Numbered from the stretch's first letter, positions 1 to 11,371 are shown. The stretch: 64,000 bases of DNA from Anaerolineales bacterium (GCA_049516595.1 JBEKSY010000002.1:17982-81981), one strand, 5' to 3'. Translations and numbers: made by a program. Notes: generated by a model from the sequence alone, not told the origin.

Positions 1-2
1 AA

Positions 3-1406
3 TGGTCGGATGGGGTCGCGCTCAGCTCGGAGGACTCGGTCTTCTCCTTCGAAGTCGCCAAGAGTTCGGAGGCCCACCTTACCCCGTTCCAACAAGACCG
101 AATCGAAGGCACACAGAGCTATCAGAAGGTCGATGACCTAACCGTTCAATGGATTGGTTTGCCCGGCTACCTTGACCCCGAGTACTCCTTGGGGTTCTGG
201 ACCCCGCTGCCCGCGCACCAGCTGGAAAAGGTGGCCCCGGGAGACTTGCTCACGTCCGAGGCTACCACGCATGAGCCCATGGGTTGGGGGCCCTATGAGA
301 TCAAGGATTGGCAAGCGGGCCGCTACATTCTTCTCCAAAAGAACCCGCACTACTGGCGTGCGGCCGAGGGGCTTCCGCATTTTGATGAGCTGGAGTTTCG
401 TTTCGTGGGGGCTGATGCCGACAGCGGGATTGCCGCGCTCTTGGCCGGCGAATGCTATGTGGTCGATCAGACCGTCCCGCTGGACGATCGTCTGGATTTG
501 CTAAAGCAGCTCAAGAACCGCGGACTGCTCGCCCTTGCCGATTCGACGGGAACGGACTGGGTGCACGCCGATTTTGACATTGCCCCGGCTGCCCCCTACA
601 GCTATCAGCATCCGGCATGGTTCTCAGACGTTCGCATGCGCCAGGCGGTGGCGCTGTGTATGGACCGGCAGGCGGTCGTCGACCAGGTATTGGCCGGGGA
701 GAGCCTCGTCCCCGGTAGTTACGTCTCCCCCCTGAGCCCGGTCTACAACCCCCAGGTCCCGGCCTACCTCTATGACCCGCAGCAAGGCATGAAGCTCTTG
801 GACGCGATGGGGTGGCGTCTGCCGCAAGCAGGGCCACAGACGGTTCGAGTAGCGGTGGGGGTCGCCGCCGTTCCCCCCGGGACCCCGCTGCGCATCAACT
901 ATTGGGCGATCGACAGCCTCCAGAGCCGAGCGGTAGTGGAAATCCTCGCGGCGAGTCTGGCCCGCTGCGGAATCCAAACCGACGTGCAGTTTTTCGGCAG
1001 CTCCCTGCTGCAGGGCGGCTCCGACAGCCCGGTATTTGGGCGGCAATTCGACATGGCGCAGTTTGGGTGGATCAGCGGGCCCGATCCGGCTTGTGAGATC
1101 TATCTCTCGAGCCAGATCCCCGGCCCCGCTAACGGTTGGCAGGGCCAAAACGATACCGGATTCAGCAACGCCGATTTCGATCAGGCCTGTTTCCTCTCCC
1201 AGAGCAGTCTTCACGAAAGCGAAAGCTATGCCCAGAATGCCAAGAGTGCCCAGGCGATATTTGCCGAAAACCTGCCCTCCGTGCCCCTTTACCTGAAGGT
1301 CAAGGTAGCAATCACCCGCCCTGGGCTGACCGGGCTGACCATGAACCCGACGGCAGCCGACGACATGTGGAACATTGAGGAGTTTGACATTCCGGGTCAG
1401 CGCTAA
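3..1406 (+). CDS. ABC transporter substrate-binding protein, family 5 (peptide/nickel, OppA/DppA-like); 5' end cut by window edge
   Basis: Frame 3 is open from nt 3 (WSDGVALSSEDSVFSF...) into listed ORF 159..1406. Family-5 SBP character (WGPYEIKDWQAGRYILLQKNPHYW, PSVPLY). Followed by Opp/Dpp-type ATPase genes. Confidence 0.8.
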   Translation, partial: WSDGVALSSEDSVFSFEVAKSSEAHLTPFQQDRIEGTQSYQKVDDLTVQWIGLPGYLDPEYSLGFWTPLPAHQLEKVAPGDLLTSEATTHEPMGWGPYEIKDWQAGRYILLQKNPHYWRAAEGLPHFDELEFRFVGADADSGIAALLAGECYVVDQTVPLDDRLDLLKQLKNRGLLALADSTGTDWVHADFDIAPAAPYSYQHPAWFSDVRMRQAVALCMDRQAVVDQVLAGESLVPGSYVSPLSPVYNPQVPAYLYDPQQGMKLLDAMGWRLPQAGPQTVRVAVGVAAVPPGTPLRINYWAIDSLQSRAVVEILAASLARCGIQTDVQFFGSSLLQGGSDSPVFGRQFDMAQFGWISGPDPACEIYLSSQIPGPANGWQGQNDTGFSNADFDQACFLSQSSLHESESYAQNAKSAQAIFAENLPSVPLYLKVKVAITRPGLTGLTMNPTAADDMWNIEEFDIPGQR

Positions 1407-1432
1407 TCACTCGAAAACGGCTGAATACCTTG

Positions 1433-1441
1433 TGATATACT
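1433..1441 (+). promoter_or_regulatory. extended -10 promoter element (TGA TATACT) upstream of first ATPase gene
   Basis: TGnTATACT read directly at 1433-1441. No good -35. Lies in the 322-bp gap before ORF 1729. Confidence 0.3.
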
Positions 1442-1728
1442 GAGCCCCCAGGGCAGCGCGGACGGAGAGGCCCAAGCGCAAGAGTGAGTATCCTTGGCGA
1501 CGATCTCAATCCGCGCGAGTGCCGATGTTCCCGACGATAACAATTCTCGGGAATGAGTAGAGCCACCCCAGTCCCTTTCAAGGCAGTAGATCGCGACAAC
1601 TCGGGTTTGAGGTTGGGGTCGGGCATGAAAATCAGGGGCCCTCGTCAATCATTGGCTTGTCCCGAGATGGCCCTACCTCCGGCCAGCCCTGTTGATTCCG
1701 GTCTTAAGAAGATTTTGGTCACTCGAGG

Positions 1729-2724
1729 ATGCTGATGGCAGATCTTCTTGACGTGCAAGGGTTGGAGACCCAATTCAAGACCCGGGATGGCGTGGTTCAC
1801 GCGGTGAATGGAGTCGATTTCAGTCTCAAGGAGGGGGAGACCCTCGGGATCGTTGGAGAAAGCGGTTGCGGCAAAAGCGTGACAATGCTTTCGCTGATGC
1901 GCCTGATCCCCACCCCGCCAGGCACGATTGCCGCAGGGCGGGCGATTTTCCAGGGCCACGACCTGTTGAAGCTCCCCATGGAGGAGATGCAACACATCCG
2001 TGGGGCGAGAATCAGCATGGTCTTCCAGGATCCGATGACCTCCTTTAACCCTGTGCTCACCATCGGCAGGCAATTGACGGAGCCTTTGGAATTACACATG
2101 GGGATGTCAGGGAGTCAGGCCCGGGGACGTGCCATCGAGTTGATGCAGATGGTGGGGATTCCTCAGGCGGAAGAACGGCTGAATGACTACCCTCACCAGT
2201 TCTCCGGTGGAATGCGCCAACGCGTGATGATTGCCATGGCGCTGGCGTGCACGCCTCAGATTCTCATCGCAGACGAGCCCACCACGGCTCTGGATGTCAC
2301 CATCCAGGCGCAGATCATCGAGCTGGTCAAGCACCTGCGAGACGAGATCGGCATGGCGGTGATCTGGATTACCCACGATTTGGGAATCATCGCAGGCCTG
2401 GCGGAACGCGTGATGGTGATGTACGCAGGATATATTATCGAAGCGGCTCCCGTCAAGGAGCTATACAAGAACCCGCTCCATCCTTACACCATTGGTTTGA
2501 TGGGAAGCCTGCCGCGTCTCGACAGCAAGGATCGGCATCGGCTGACCTCCATCGACGGACTTCCTCCGGTTATGTACGAAAAAGCCAAGGGTTGCCCCTT
2601 CGCTCCCCGCTGTGCCTACGTTTTTGAACGGTGCTGGAAGGAAAATCCCCCTCTCATGCGAGCCGGCCCTGAGCACACGGTGGCGTGCTGGTGGGATGTC
2701 AAGGAGGGCAGGGCGCACGAATGA
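1729..2724 (+). CDS. oligopeptide/dipeptide ABC transporter ATP-binding protein (OppD/DppD-like)
   Basis: Walker A GESGCGKS, signature FSGGMRQR, Walker [13 protein letters not shown], Opp-type C-terminal tail (HPYT...CPFAPRC). Confidence 0.9.
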   Translation: MLMADLLDVQGLETQFKTRDGVVHAVNGVDFSLKEGETLGIVGESGCGKSVTMLSLMRLIPTPPGTIAAGRAIFQGHDLLKLPMEEMQHIRGARISMVFQDPMTSFNPVLTIGRQLTEPLELHMGMSGSQARGRAIELMQMVGIPQAEERLNDYPHQFSGGMRQRVMIAMALACTPQILIADEPTTALDVTIQAQIIELVKHLRDEIGMAVIWITHDLGIIAGLAERVMVMYAGYIIEAAPVKELYKNPLHPYTIGLMGSLPRLDSKDRHRLTSIDGLPPVMYEKAKGCPFAPRCAYVFERCWKENPPLMRAGPEHTVACWWDVKEGRAHE

Positions 2725-3701
2725 CGCAGGACAATGTTCTGTTGCGTGTCGAGAACTTGGTCAAGCATTTTCCTATAAACCGCGGGATCATCTTCCAGCG
2801 CCAGGTGGGGGCAGTCCACGCTGTCGACGGGGTTTCGTTCTTCATCCGCAAAGGGGAGACGTTCGGTCTGGTGGGGGAATCGGGCTGCGGCAAAACCACG
2901 ACGGGGCGCACCATCCTGCAGCTGTATCGTCCTTCCTCGGGGCATGTGTATTTTGGGGAGACCGATCTGACGCGGATTCGGGGAGAGGAATTGCGGAGAA
3001 TGCGTCGCCACATGCAGATGATCTTTCAGGACCCGTACGCGAGCCTCAATCCCCGCATGACGGTGGCCGAGATCATTGGCGAGCCTTTAACGGTTCATCA
3101 CATCGCCCAGGGGTCGGAAGTCACCGAGCGGGTGCAGCACCTCCTTTCCATTGTCGGACTGAGCGCGGCCTTCGCCGACCGATATCCTCACGAGTTCTCC
3201 GGCGGCCAGAGGCAACGCGTGGGGGTGGCCCGCGCCCTGGCCTTGCAGCCCGAGCTGATCGTGTGCGATGAGCCGATTTCAGCCTTGGACGTATCCATCC
3301 AGGCTCAGGTGGTCAACCTGTTGGAGGATCTCCAGCAGCAGTTTGGACTGACCTACCTCTTCATCGCTCACGATCTGTCCATGGTGCGCCACATCAGCAG
3401 TCGCGTGGCGGTGATGTACCTGGGGGTGATTGTGGAGCTGGCCACGCGGGATGACCTGTATGGCCATCCCCTGCACCCGTACACGCAGGCTCTGCTCTCG
3501 GCTGTTCCGGTGGCCGACCCCGTAGTCGAGGAAAGGCGCCATCGGATCATTCTCGAAGGGGATGTGCCCAGCCCAGTTGACCCTCCCTCGGGGTGCCGAT
3601 TCCGCACGCGTTGCCCGATTGCTCGGGAGATCTGCGCGGAGAAGGTCCCCGACTGGCGGGAGGTTTCTCCTGAGCATTGGGTGGCGTGTCACTTGGTATG
3701 A
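2721..3701 (+). CDS. oligopeptide/dipeptide ABC transporter ATP-binding protein (OppF/DppF-like)
   Basis: ATG 2721 overlaps upstream stop (ATGA). Walker [10 protein letters not shown], signature FSGGQRQR, Walker [13 protein letters not shown], tail HPYT...GCRFRTRC. Confidence 0.9.
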   Translation: MTQDNVLLRVENLVKHFPINRGIIFQRQVGAVHAVDGVSFFIRKGETFGLVGESGCGKTTTGRTILQLYRPSSGHVYFGETDLTRIRGEELRRMRRHMQMIFQDPYASLNPRMTVAEIIGEPLTVHHIAQGSEVTERVQHLLSIVGLSAAFADRYPHEFSGGQRQRVGVARALALQPELIVCDEPISALDVSIQAQVVNLLEDLQQQFGLTYLFIAHDLSMVRHISSRVAVMYLGVIVELATRDDLYGHPLHPYTQALLSAVPVADPVVEERRHRIILEGDVPSPVDPPSGCRFRTRCPIAREICAEKVPDWREVSPEHWVACHLV

Positions 3702-3819
3702 TCAATAGGGGCAGCGCTTATGAGGAAGGAGGTGATGCAATTCGAGGTCTCGCATGCGGCTTCCTTAGTACCATTCGTGATCTTCGCCTAGTGGACGACC
3801 CTGAGAAGGAGAGGAAGTT

Positions 3820-5793
3820 ATGCGCACCAGAGCGCTAATTGCGTTCTCGCTTTTGGTTATTGCAAGCATGGTGCTGGCCGCTTGCGCCCCCGCGGCTACG
3901 GCAACGCCCGCGCCGACCGCACCACCGGTGGGCGTGACCGAATCCGCGACGATGGCCCCCACGGCTGCGGCCACGTCGGCCCCGTCCGTGAAGAACCCCG
4001 ACACGATCGTCGATGTGACCATCGGGGATCCGCAATCTCTGGATCCGGCCTGGGCCTACGACACCGCCAGCGACGGGGTGATCCAGAACGTGTACGAGAC
4101 CCTGGTCTTCTTCAAGAGAGAGCGCGTGGACCAGTTCGTGCCGATGCTGGCGACGAGCTGGGATATCTCTTCGGATGGAAAGACCTACACCTTCCATATT
4201 CGCCCGGGAGTCAAGTTCCACGACGGTTCGCCGATGACCCCGCAGGACGTGGCTTACAGCTTCTGGCGGGGAATGGTGCAGGATCGCTCCGGCGGCCCGC
4301 AGTGGATCATGCTCGAACCATTCTTCGGCTTGAGCGTCCAGAGCTACGCGGGAGACGTGGTGGGATCTGGGCCGGGCAAGGGCCAGTTTGGCGGCGATTG
4401 GGTCAAGGCGACTCAGGCGGTCGAACAGGCCGTGACGTACGACAACAGTGCCATGACCGTCACCATGCATCTCATGCAACCCTATGGGCCGTTTCTGAAC
4501 CTCCTGGCGGGCGCCTGGGGTTCCGTCATCAGCATGCCGTGGGCGATCAAGCAAGGGGACTGGGACGGCAAGCCTGAGGACGCGCAGAAGTACCACGATC
4601 CGGCGGCTGAGGCGGATCCTCTGTTCAAGGTCATGAACGGAACCGGCCCCTACATGTTCACTCGCTGGGCGCCGGGGACAGAGGTCGACATGGACGCCAA
4701 CCCGAACTACTGGGCCACGAGCCCGCTTTGGGACGGGGGTCCTTCGGGCGTGGCCAAGATCGCGCACGCAGTGATCAAGAATGTGAGTGAGTTTGGCACC
4801 CGTTTCGCGATGTTGCAGACCGGGGATGCCGACATTGCCTATGTCGACCGGCAGTACATCTCCCAGGTAGATCCGCTGGCTAAGGAAACCTGCGACGTCA
4901 CGGGCAAGTGCACGCCTGCCAACGCGAGCGGGACGTTAAGAGTCTGGAAGGGCCTGCCCACGCTTGACGAGGACGACATCTTCTTCAACCAGAATGTCAA
5001 CATAACGGGCGGGAACAACTACTTGGGCACGGGGAAACTGGATGGGAACGGGATTCCGGCGAACTTCTTCTCGGACCTGAACATCCGCAAGGCCTTTGCC
5101 GAGTGCTTCGACTATAACACCTACATCACCCAGATCTTCAAGGGTGAGGCCGAGCAGGCTCTGGGGCCGGTGATCGATGGGGAACTGGGCTTCGATTCAA
5201 CCCAGGCCAAAGCCGCCTTTGATCTGACCCAATGCACGAATGATTTCAAGGCCTCCACAATCAAGTCGGCTGACGGTAAGTCCGTGTGGGACACGGGCTT
5301 CTACGTCCAGTACATCTACAACATCGGGAATGACCAGCGCAAGAGTGCGGGGGACCTGCTGGCGGCCAACCTCAAGCAGGTCAATCCAAAATTCAAGATG
5401 GCGGTGCTGGGCGAGCCGTTCGCGGTGGAACTCGCGGACCAGGCGTCCAGCCGCTTGCCGCTCTTCATGCTCGGCTGGCTGGAGGACTACCACGATCCCC
5501 AGGACTGGGTCGTACCGTACCTGGCGAGCGGTGGGACGTACAGCGGCTTCCAGTCATTCCCCAAGGACCTGCAGACCCAGCTCGACCAGCTGATCAATCA
5601 GGGCGTCACTGAGGCTGATCCGGCGGCCCGAGCGAAGGTCTACGGGCAGCTGCAGAACCTGGCCTACCAGAACTACCTGGACATCTACGTGGACCAGCCG
5701 CAAGGACGGCACTACGAACAGGAGTGGGTGCAGGGGTGGTACTACAACCCGGCCTACTCGGACCAGTACTTCTACGCGCTCTCCAAGGGCTAG
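3820..5793 (+). CDS. ABC transporter substrate-binding lipoprotein, family 5 (peptide-binding type)
   Basis: SD-like gagaaggagagg before ATG. Signal peptide ending in lipobox-like LAAC, then an Ala/Pro/Thr linker. 657-aa family-5 SBP body. Precedes two permease genes. Confidence 0.9.
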   Translation: MRTRALIAFSLLVIASMVLAACAPAATATPAPTAPPVGVTESATMAPTAAATSAPSVKNPDTIVDVTIGDPQSLDPAWAYDTASDGVIQNVYETLVFFKRERVDQFVPMLATSWDISSDGKTYTFHIRPGVKFHDGSPMTPQDVAYSFWRGMVQDRSGGPQWIMLEPFFGLSVQSYAGDVVGSGPGKGQFGGDWVKATQAVEQAVTYDNSAMTVTMHLMQPYGPFLNLLAGAWGSVISMPWAIKQGDWDGKPEDAQKYHDPAAEADPLFKVMNGTGPYMFTRWAPGTEVDMDANPNYWATSPLWDGGPSGVAKIAHAVIKNVSEFGTRFAMLQTGDADIAYVDRQYISQVDPLAKETCDVTGKCTPANASGTLRVWKGLPTLDEDDIFFNQNVNITGGNNYLGTGKLDGNGIPANFFSDLNIRKAFAECFDYNTYITQIFKGEAEQALGPVIDGELGFDSTQAKAAFDLTQCTNDFKASTIKSADGKSVWDTGFYVQYIYNIGNDQRKSAGDLLAANLKQVNPKFKMAVLGEPFAVELADQASSRLPLFMLGWLEDYHDPQDWVVPYLASGGTYSGFQSFPKDLQTQLDQLINQGVTEADPAARAKVYGQLQNLAYQNYLDIYVDQPQGRHYEQEWVQGWYYNPAYSDQYFYALSKG

Positions 5794-5864
5794 TGGGTTG
5801 AGCCGAGATAAGTGTCGGGCAGGCTAGAAACCTGCCCGACACCCCTCGTGGAAGGCAGAAGGGC

Positions 5865-6893
5865 ATGCTCCGATATATCGTGCGGCGCTTGTTGGTTCTG
5901 CCGGTCGTTCTGCTTGGGCTGAGCGTGCTGATCTTCGGGATGCTCATGGCGCTGACCCCGGGCGAACGAGCGGTGCTGTATGTCACCAGCCCGCCCAAGA
6001 CCGCCATCGCTCTGCAAGAGATCATCAAGAAGTACGGGCTGGACCAGCCGATCTATGTGCAGTACTTCCATTGGATCGTGCGCGTGTTTCACGGCAACCT
6101 GGGCTGGTCCAAGGTGGCAGCGATGCCGGTCTTCGATGCCATCCGCACTTACTTCCCGGCCACCCTCGAGCTGGCGCTGTGGAGTTTTATTCCGATCATC
6201 GTGATCGGAGTTTGGTTGGGCATTCAATCGGCGATTCACCACGATCAGTTGCTGGACCAGCTCACCCGCGTTTTCAGCATTGTGGGTTACTCGTTTCCGA
6301 CCTTCGTTTTTGGTCTTCTGGTCCTGATGCTGTTCTATGCCAAGCTGCAGTGGTTCCCGCCGGGGCGACTCTCGGACTGGGCCACGACCATCGTCTATTC
6401 CTCGTCGTTCCATGCCTATACCGGGATGAATACAGTGGACGCTCTGCTCAATGGGCGTCCAGACATCTTCGCGGATGCGCTGCGCCACCTGTTTCTGCCC
6501 GCCCTAACCCTGGCGTACGTCGACTGGGCCCTGATCCTGCGGGTGACTCGCTCCTCGATGCTGGATGTGATTCGCCAGGACTATGTGACGGTGGCCCGGG
6601 CCAAGGGGATGTCGGAGAACTTGGTGATCAACCGACACGCGCGGCCGAACGCGATGATCCCGGTAGCGACAATCGGGGGCCTGCTCTTGGCGGGATTGCT
6701 TAACGGGGTAGTGATTACCGAGACGGTGTTTAACTATCACGGCATGGGCTGGTGGGCGGCCAGTTCGGCGCTGAATTTTGACGCGGTGAGCGTGTTGGGG
6801 GTGACCATGCTGGCCGGGCTGTTGTACATCGCGGCCAATCTGGTGGTGGATGTGGCCTACGCGTATCTGGATCCAAGGATTCGCCTGGCCTAG
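5865..6893 (+). CDS. ABC transporter permease (OppB/DppB-like)
   Basis: N-terminus MLRYIVRRLLVLPVVLLGLSVLIF typical of OppB/DppB. Multiple hydrophobic segments. Operon position. Confidence 0.9.
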   Translation: MLRYIVRRLLVLPVVLLGLSVLIFGMLMALTPGERAVLYVTSPPKTAIALQEIIKKYGLDQPIYVQYFHWIVRVFHGNLGWSKVAAMPVFDAIRTYFPATLELALWSFIPIIVIGVWLGIQSAIHHDQLLDQLTRVFSIVGYSFPTFVFGLLVLMLFYAKLQWFPPGRLSDWATTIVYSSSFHAYTGMNTVDALLNGRPDIFADALRHLFLPALTLAYVDWALILRVTRSSMLDVIRQDYVTVARAKGMSENLVINRHARPNAMIPVATIGGLLLAGLLNGVVITETVFNYHGMGWWAASSALNFDAVSVLGVTMLAGLLYIAANLVVDVAYAYLDPRIRLA

Positions 6894-6926
6894 GGTAGAA
6901 AAGCCGGTCTGGATCGGAGGGGAGCC

Positions 6927-7877
6927 ATGGCGGTAGCGGAGAGGGCGTTTGGGCAAGCCGCAGCGCTGGGCCAGCTTCGCCCCAAGTCGCGGGTACCGGA
7001 CTGGGTGCGGATCATGGTCAGCAATCCGACTTCGGTGGCGGGGATCCTGCTCGTTGTGGGCTTTGCGCTGATTGCGATCTTCGCGCCGCTGATCGCGCCG
7101 CCCCGGGATCCTTCTCAGCCGTACGCGATCCCGCGGAATGGGTTCCTGGCCGAGCCCCAACCGCCGAGCCTGACTTATCCTTTTGGGACAACCCAAGGGC
7201 AGTATGACCTCTTCTACGGGGTGGTGTGGGGAGCGCGGACCGCGTTCCGCATCGGCCTGATTGTCACCGCTCTTACGGTTGTGTTCGGGGGGCTCGTCGG
7301 CGCGATATCGGCCTTTCTCGGGGGTTGGGCGGATGAGGTGATCCAGCGGGTGGTGGAGATCGTGCTGGCCTTTCCCTTTCTGCTGGCGGCCTTGACCCTG
7401 GCGACGGTGCTCGCCGCGTCGGTCCACAACGGGTTGATCACCGGGATGATCGCGCTGATCGCGTTTGCCTGGCCGGGCTACTCCCGCATTATCCGCGGGG
7501 ATGTCCTGACGGTGAAGGAGCGCGACTTCGTGCTTGCGGCCCGAACGGTAGGGGTGCCGGGCTGGAGGATTCTCGCTCGGCACATTCTCCCCAATGCGAT
7601 GTATTCGCTCCTGGTGGTTGGGACGCTGGACATTGGCACCAACGTGCTCACCTTCGCCGCACTGAGCTTTCTTGGGCTCGGGGCGCCGGAGGGATATGCC
7701 GACTGGGGGCAGCTCCTGAGCCTGGCACGCAACTGGATCCCGACTCTTGCCGAGTATTGGTACATCGTGGTCTACCCCGGGATGGCTTTGCTGCTTTTCG
7801 TCCTGGGGTTCAACCTGATCGGAGACGCCTTCCGCGATGCGCTGGATCCGAAGATGAGGGGGATGCGAGGGGGGTAG
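6927..7877 (+). CDS. ABC transporter permease (OppC/DppC-like)
   Basis: 316 aa, polytopic, with an OppC-type N-terminal extension before TM1. Directly follows the first permease. Confidence 0.9.
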   Translation: MAVAERAFGQAAALGQLRPKSRVPDWVRIMVSNPTSVAGILLVVGFALIAIFAPLIAPPRDPSQPYAIPRNGFLAEPQPPSLTYPFGTTQGQYDLFYGVVWGARTAFRIGLIVTALTVVFGGLVGAISAFLGGWADEVIQRVVEIVLAFPFLLAALTLATVLAASVHNGLITGMIALIAFAWPGYSRIIRGDVLTVKERDFVLAARTVGVPGWRILARHILPNAMYSLLVVGTLDIGTNVLTFAALSFLGLGAPEGYADWGQLLSLARNWIPTLAEYWYIVVYPGMALLLFVLGFNLIGDAFRDALDPKMRGMRGG

Positions 7878-8058
7878 GGAAATGGGCTCTGCCTTTCTCG
7901 TTGCCAAGGCGGTCCGCGCTCCCATCTGACTTTCTCCTCATCGAGTTCCCCGGGGTCGACCAGCGAACTCCAAAGTCCGTTGCCTGGCCGCCTTGGTTTG
8001 CGGCTGGGTTCTCCCCACCTTGACTCCCAAGTCACACAGGCGATTTAGACTCTTCTTC

Positions 8059-8087
8059 TTGACGGTGCCAGAGGCGCATGCTATAGT
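8059..8087 (+). promoter_or_regulatory. sigma-70-type promoter (TTGACG - 17 nt - TGc TATAGT)
   Basis: -35 TTGACG 8059-8064, 17-nt spacer, extended -10 TGCTATAGT 8079-8087. About 38 nt upstream of the TTG start at 8126. Confidence 0.55.
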
Positions 8088-8125
8088 GCCTCGCCTCCCC
8101 AGATAGATTCCCGGTCGAGGGTCGA

Positions 8126-10174
8126 TTGGACACTCAATCCCCGAACCTGCTTGAGGTCCGCAATCTCAAGACCTACTACTTCACCCAAGACGGCGTCGTC
8201 AAAGCCGTGGACGGGGTGGATTTGACGGTCCGCAAGGGGGAGGTCCTGGGCCTGGTCGGGGAATCGGGATGCGGCAAGAGTGTCACCTCCTTGTCCATTT
8301 TGGGCTTGATCGGCAATCCGGGACGGATCATGGAAGGGGTCATCCATTTCGATGGCCGGGACCTGCGCAAACTGGCGGAGTCCGAAATGGTCCACGTGCG
8401 TGGGAACCGGATCTCGATGATCTTCCAGCAGCCGCAGTCGGCTCTCAACCCGGTCTATCGGGTCGGAGACCAGATCTCGGAGGTGCTGGAGATCCATCAG
8501 GGCCTGAACAGGAAGGAGGGGGCGGAGCGGGCCGTTGAGCTCCTGCAAATGGTAGGGATTCCGGATCCCGAGGGGGGAGCCAAGTCCTATGCGCATGAGC
8601 TCTCCGGCGGCATGGCCCAGCGGGTGATGATCGCCATGGCGCTGGCCTGTTTGCCTGAACTGCTCATCGCGGATGAACCGACGACGGCCCTGGATGTGAC
8701 CATCCAGGCTCAGATTTTGGAGCTGATGCTGGATCTGCGCCGCCAGACCGGATCGGCGATGATTCTGATTACCCATGACCTGGGGGTGATCGCCGAAACG
8801 GCGGAACGGGTGGCGGTCATGTATGCCGGTCGCATCGTCGAGGAGACCAGGGTAGAAGACCTGTTCTCGCACCCCTATCACCCCTACACCCAGGGATTGA
8901 TTGGATCCATTCCGGTTCTGGGAAAGGTCAAAGACCGGTTGGAGGTCATCCCGGGATCGGTGCCGAACCTCATCAATCTGCCGGCCGGCTGCCGCTTTGC
9001 CCCACGATGCCGCGCACGCCTCGAGCACCATCTCTCCGTATGCGCGGAACTGGAGCCCGATCTTCGGCCCGTCGAACCCGGTCACACGGTACGTTGCTGG
9101 CTCTACCACGACAGCCCCAAGCACAGGCCTCCGCTCGCCCAAGCGCTGCCGCACGCACGGGACCCGAGGAGGAGCCCCATGGCTGAAGCGGGAACGGTCC
9201 GGCCGGAGGGCGCCGACCTCGTGCGCGTGGAGCGCCTGGTCATGCATTTTCCCGTCCGGGCGGGAGTGTTCCAGCACATCCGCGGTTGGGTCAAGGCTGT
9301 CGATGATGTCTCCTTCACGGTGCGCCGCGGCGAGACCCTGGCCCTGGTCGGCGAGTCGGGTTGCGGCAAGACCACCGTGGGCCGAAGCATTCTGCGCTTG
9401 ATCCCCGCAACCTCGGGCAAAGTCTACTTTGGAGGAAAGGAAGTTTTCCGCCTCCCTCCCAGCGAACTGAAGGCCCTCCGCCGCGACATGCAGATCATTT
9501 TCCAGGATCCCTACTCTTCTCTGGACCCACGCATGTTGGTCGGAGACAGCATTGCTGAGGGACTGCAGATTCACGGCATCGGCAGCAAGAAAGAACGCTA
9601 CCAGACGATGCTCGAGATGCTGCGCAAGGTGGGCCTGGAGGATTATCATGCCCGTCGATACCCTCACGAGTTCTCTGGGGGCCAGAGACAGCGAATTGGG
9701 ATCGCTCGGGCGTTGGCCCTGCGCCCCAAGTTCATTGTGTGCGACGAACCCGTCTCGGCGCTCGATGTCTCCATCCAATCCCAGGTGCTCAATATCCTCA
9801 AGGACCTCCAGAAGGAATTTGGTCTCACCTATCTCTTCATTGCCCACAACCTTTCGGTGGTGGAGCACATATCGGACCACGTGGTGGTAATGTACCTGGG
9901 CAAGATTGTCGAGATCGCAGAGCGGGAGGATCTCTACCGCAACCCCCTGCATCCCTACACCCAGGCCTTGATGTCGGCCATCCCAGTTCCCAATCCGAAG
10001 CTCAAGCGAGATCGCATTCTCCTTTCTGGGGATGTTCCCAGCCCTCTGAATCCCCCTTCCGGCTGCCACTTTCATACGAGGTGCCCGGTGGCCATGGCGA
10101 TTTGCTGGCAGGAGGAACCTGCGGTGCGGGAGGTCGCGCCTCGCCACTGGGCGAGCTGTTGGCGTGTGCAATAA
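8126..10174 (+). CDS. fused double ABC ATPase of Opp/Dpp type (GsiA-like architecture)
   Basis: 682 aa with two full cassettes: GESGCGKS / LSGGMAQR / [12 protein letters not shown] and GESGCGKTT / FSGGQRQR / [12 protein letters not shown]. Each cassette is followed by an HPYT..C..C tail. TTG start preceded by GAGGG. Confidence 0.9.
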   Translation: MDTQSPNLLEVRNLKTYYFTQDGVVKAVDGVDLTVRKGEVLGLVGESGCGKSVTSLSILGLIGNPGRIMEGVIHFDGRDLRKLAESEMVHVRGNRISMIFQQPQSALNPVYRVGDQISEVLEIHQGLNRKEGAERAVELLQMVGIPDPEGGAKSYAHELSGGMAQRVMIAMALACLPELLIADEPTTALDVTIQAQILELMLDLRRQTGSAMILITHDLGVIAETAERVAVMYAGRIVEETRVEDLFSHPYHPYTQGLIGSIPVLGKVKDRLEVIPGSVPNLINLPAGCRFAPRCRARLEHHLSVCAELEPDLRPVEPGHTVRCWLYHDSPKHRPPLAQALPHARDPRRSPMAEAGTVRPEGADLVRVERLVMHFPVRAGVFQHIRGWVKAVDDVSFTVRRGETLALVGESGCGKTTVGRSILRLIPATSGKVYFGGKEVFRLPPSELKALRRDMQIIFQDPYSSLDPRMLVGDSIAEGLQIHGIGSKKERYQTMLEMLRKVGLEDYHARRYPHEFSGGQRQRIGIARALALRPKFIVCDEPVSALDVSIQSQVLNILKDLQKEFGLTYLFIAHNLSVVEHISDHVVVMYLGKIVEIAEREDLYRNPLHPYTQALMSAIPVPNPKLKRDRILLSGDVPSPLNPPSGCHFHTRCPVAMAICWQEEPAVREVAPRHWASCWRVQ

Positions 10175-10226
10175 GCCAGAACCCTTCTTCCAATCGCTCC
10201 TCTTGCCCCCAGAGCGCACCTGACCG

Positions 10227-11147
10227 ATGACGGACATCCAACCTTCCCGGCCCAGGCTTCATCCTCTCCTACGAGTATTCCTGTATCTTCTCACGACGGT
10301 TGTCTTGGGGCAGGTCGTCGTGGGCCTGTTGCTTGGAGTGGGGCTCGCGGCGATCACCTTCCTCCTGAAACCCCTACGGTCCGAACTGCTTGCCGGCTGG
10401 ATGCAGATGCTGCAGGCCAACCAGATCCCCACCGGCCTGCTCTTTCTCTCGGTGGTGGTCGACTTGGCTTGGGTCGTCGCCGTGACCTGGATCTTCCTGC
10501 GGGGGATGAATCGTAATGGCTGGGCCTCCATCGGGCTCGGTCCTGGAGATCTCCTGGCGAGTACCCTTTTGGGCCTCGCCTTCGGAGGGGCGACGTTCTT
10601 CCTGGTCGGTCTGGTCTTCTGGATTGAGGGGTGGGCCCAATTCACCTGGGACCGGCCGCTGGCTGGCTTGGCGACCATGGTGGCCGTGGTCCTGCCTGCG
10701 GCCCTCGCGGAGGAGATCGCCTTTCGAGGCTACATCCTGGACACGCTTCGGCGCTGGAAGGGCTGGCCGCTGGGAATTGGGCTTGCCTCCGTGCTTTTTT
10801 CTCTCGCCCACGGCCTCAACCCCGGTCTCAATTGGCTGGCCCTGCTCAACATCGCCCTGGCGGGGCTGGCTTTTTCGCTGGCTGTGCGCTGGAAGGGCAC
10901 TCTCTGGCTACCCCTTGGCTTTCATTTTGCCTGGAACTATGCCCAGGGGCCCGTGCTGGGCCTGCCGGTTAGTGGCCTCACGGCGTTTGGGGTGGGTTCA
11001 ATCTCCCGGCTGGTCGGTCCGGTCCTGTGGACCGGGGGTAGCTTTGGCCCGGAAGGAGGATTATTGGTGACCGTCGTGGTCGGCGTGGCTTGCGCGATCT
11101 TGTGGGTTCTCAGTCGGATGAGGGCGGAGAGAGAGCCGGTGGAGTAA
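10227..11147 (+). CDS. CPBP family intramembrane glutamic endopeptidase (CAAX protease-like)
   Basis: Polytopic 306 aa. Motifs EEIAFRGY (EExxxR), FSLAHG (FxxxH), HFAWN. Confidence 0.8.
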   Translation: MTDIQPSRPRLHPLLRVFLYLLTTVVLGQVVVGLLLGVGLAAITFLLKPLRSELLAGWMQMLQANQIPTGLLFLSVVVDLAWVVAVTWIFLRGMNRNGWASIGLGPGDLLASTLLGLAFGGATFFLVGLVFWIEGWAQFTWDRPLAGLATMVAVVLPAALAEEIAFRGYILDTLRRWKGWPLGIGLASVLFSLAHGLNPGLNWLALLNIALAGLAFSLAVRWKGTLWLPLGFHFAWNYAQGPVLGLPVSGLTAFGVGSISRLVGPVLWTGGSFGPEGGLLVTVVVGVACAILWVLSRMRAEREPVE

Positions 11148-11194
11148 CCCCTGGCCCGATGCGATCCGCTGCGCGCCGAGGGAGTTGGAGGGCA

Positions 11195-11203
11195 TGTTAC
11201 AAT
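11195..11203 (+). promoter_or_regulatory. extended -10 element (TGT TACAAT) about 170 nt upstream of tRNA-Gln
   Basis: TGnTACAAT read at 11195-11203. No convincing -35. Confidence 0.3.
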
Positions 11204-11371
11204 CCTGTGGGTCGCCGACCGCGATGATCTGCACAGACCAAGGGGCGGCCACGTGCGGATGCCGACGTGGACGGGAAGGTTAGTCGATCGCCCTCCGCAC
11301 GAGTGGGTCTATCCCAGAAGGCCTCCTCAGGAAAAAGCCGGCCAAGCAATTCATGGAAGGTTCCCCCTTGT

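Noticed and set aside
6504-7925. Very long antisense ORFs: 6504..7925-, 8081..10237-, 11535..13046-, 16194..17915-, 21624..23228-, 23837..24814-, 24714..25703-, 33074..34243-, 34262..35365-, 36423..37961+, 46109..47428-, 55712..56776-, 58054..59013-, 3835..4767-
   Set aside because: Each lies opposite a gene with clear catalytic motifs. Their translations are Arg/Gly/Pro/His-rich with no motifs. This is the usual stop-codon-poor antisense artefact of high-GC DNA.
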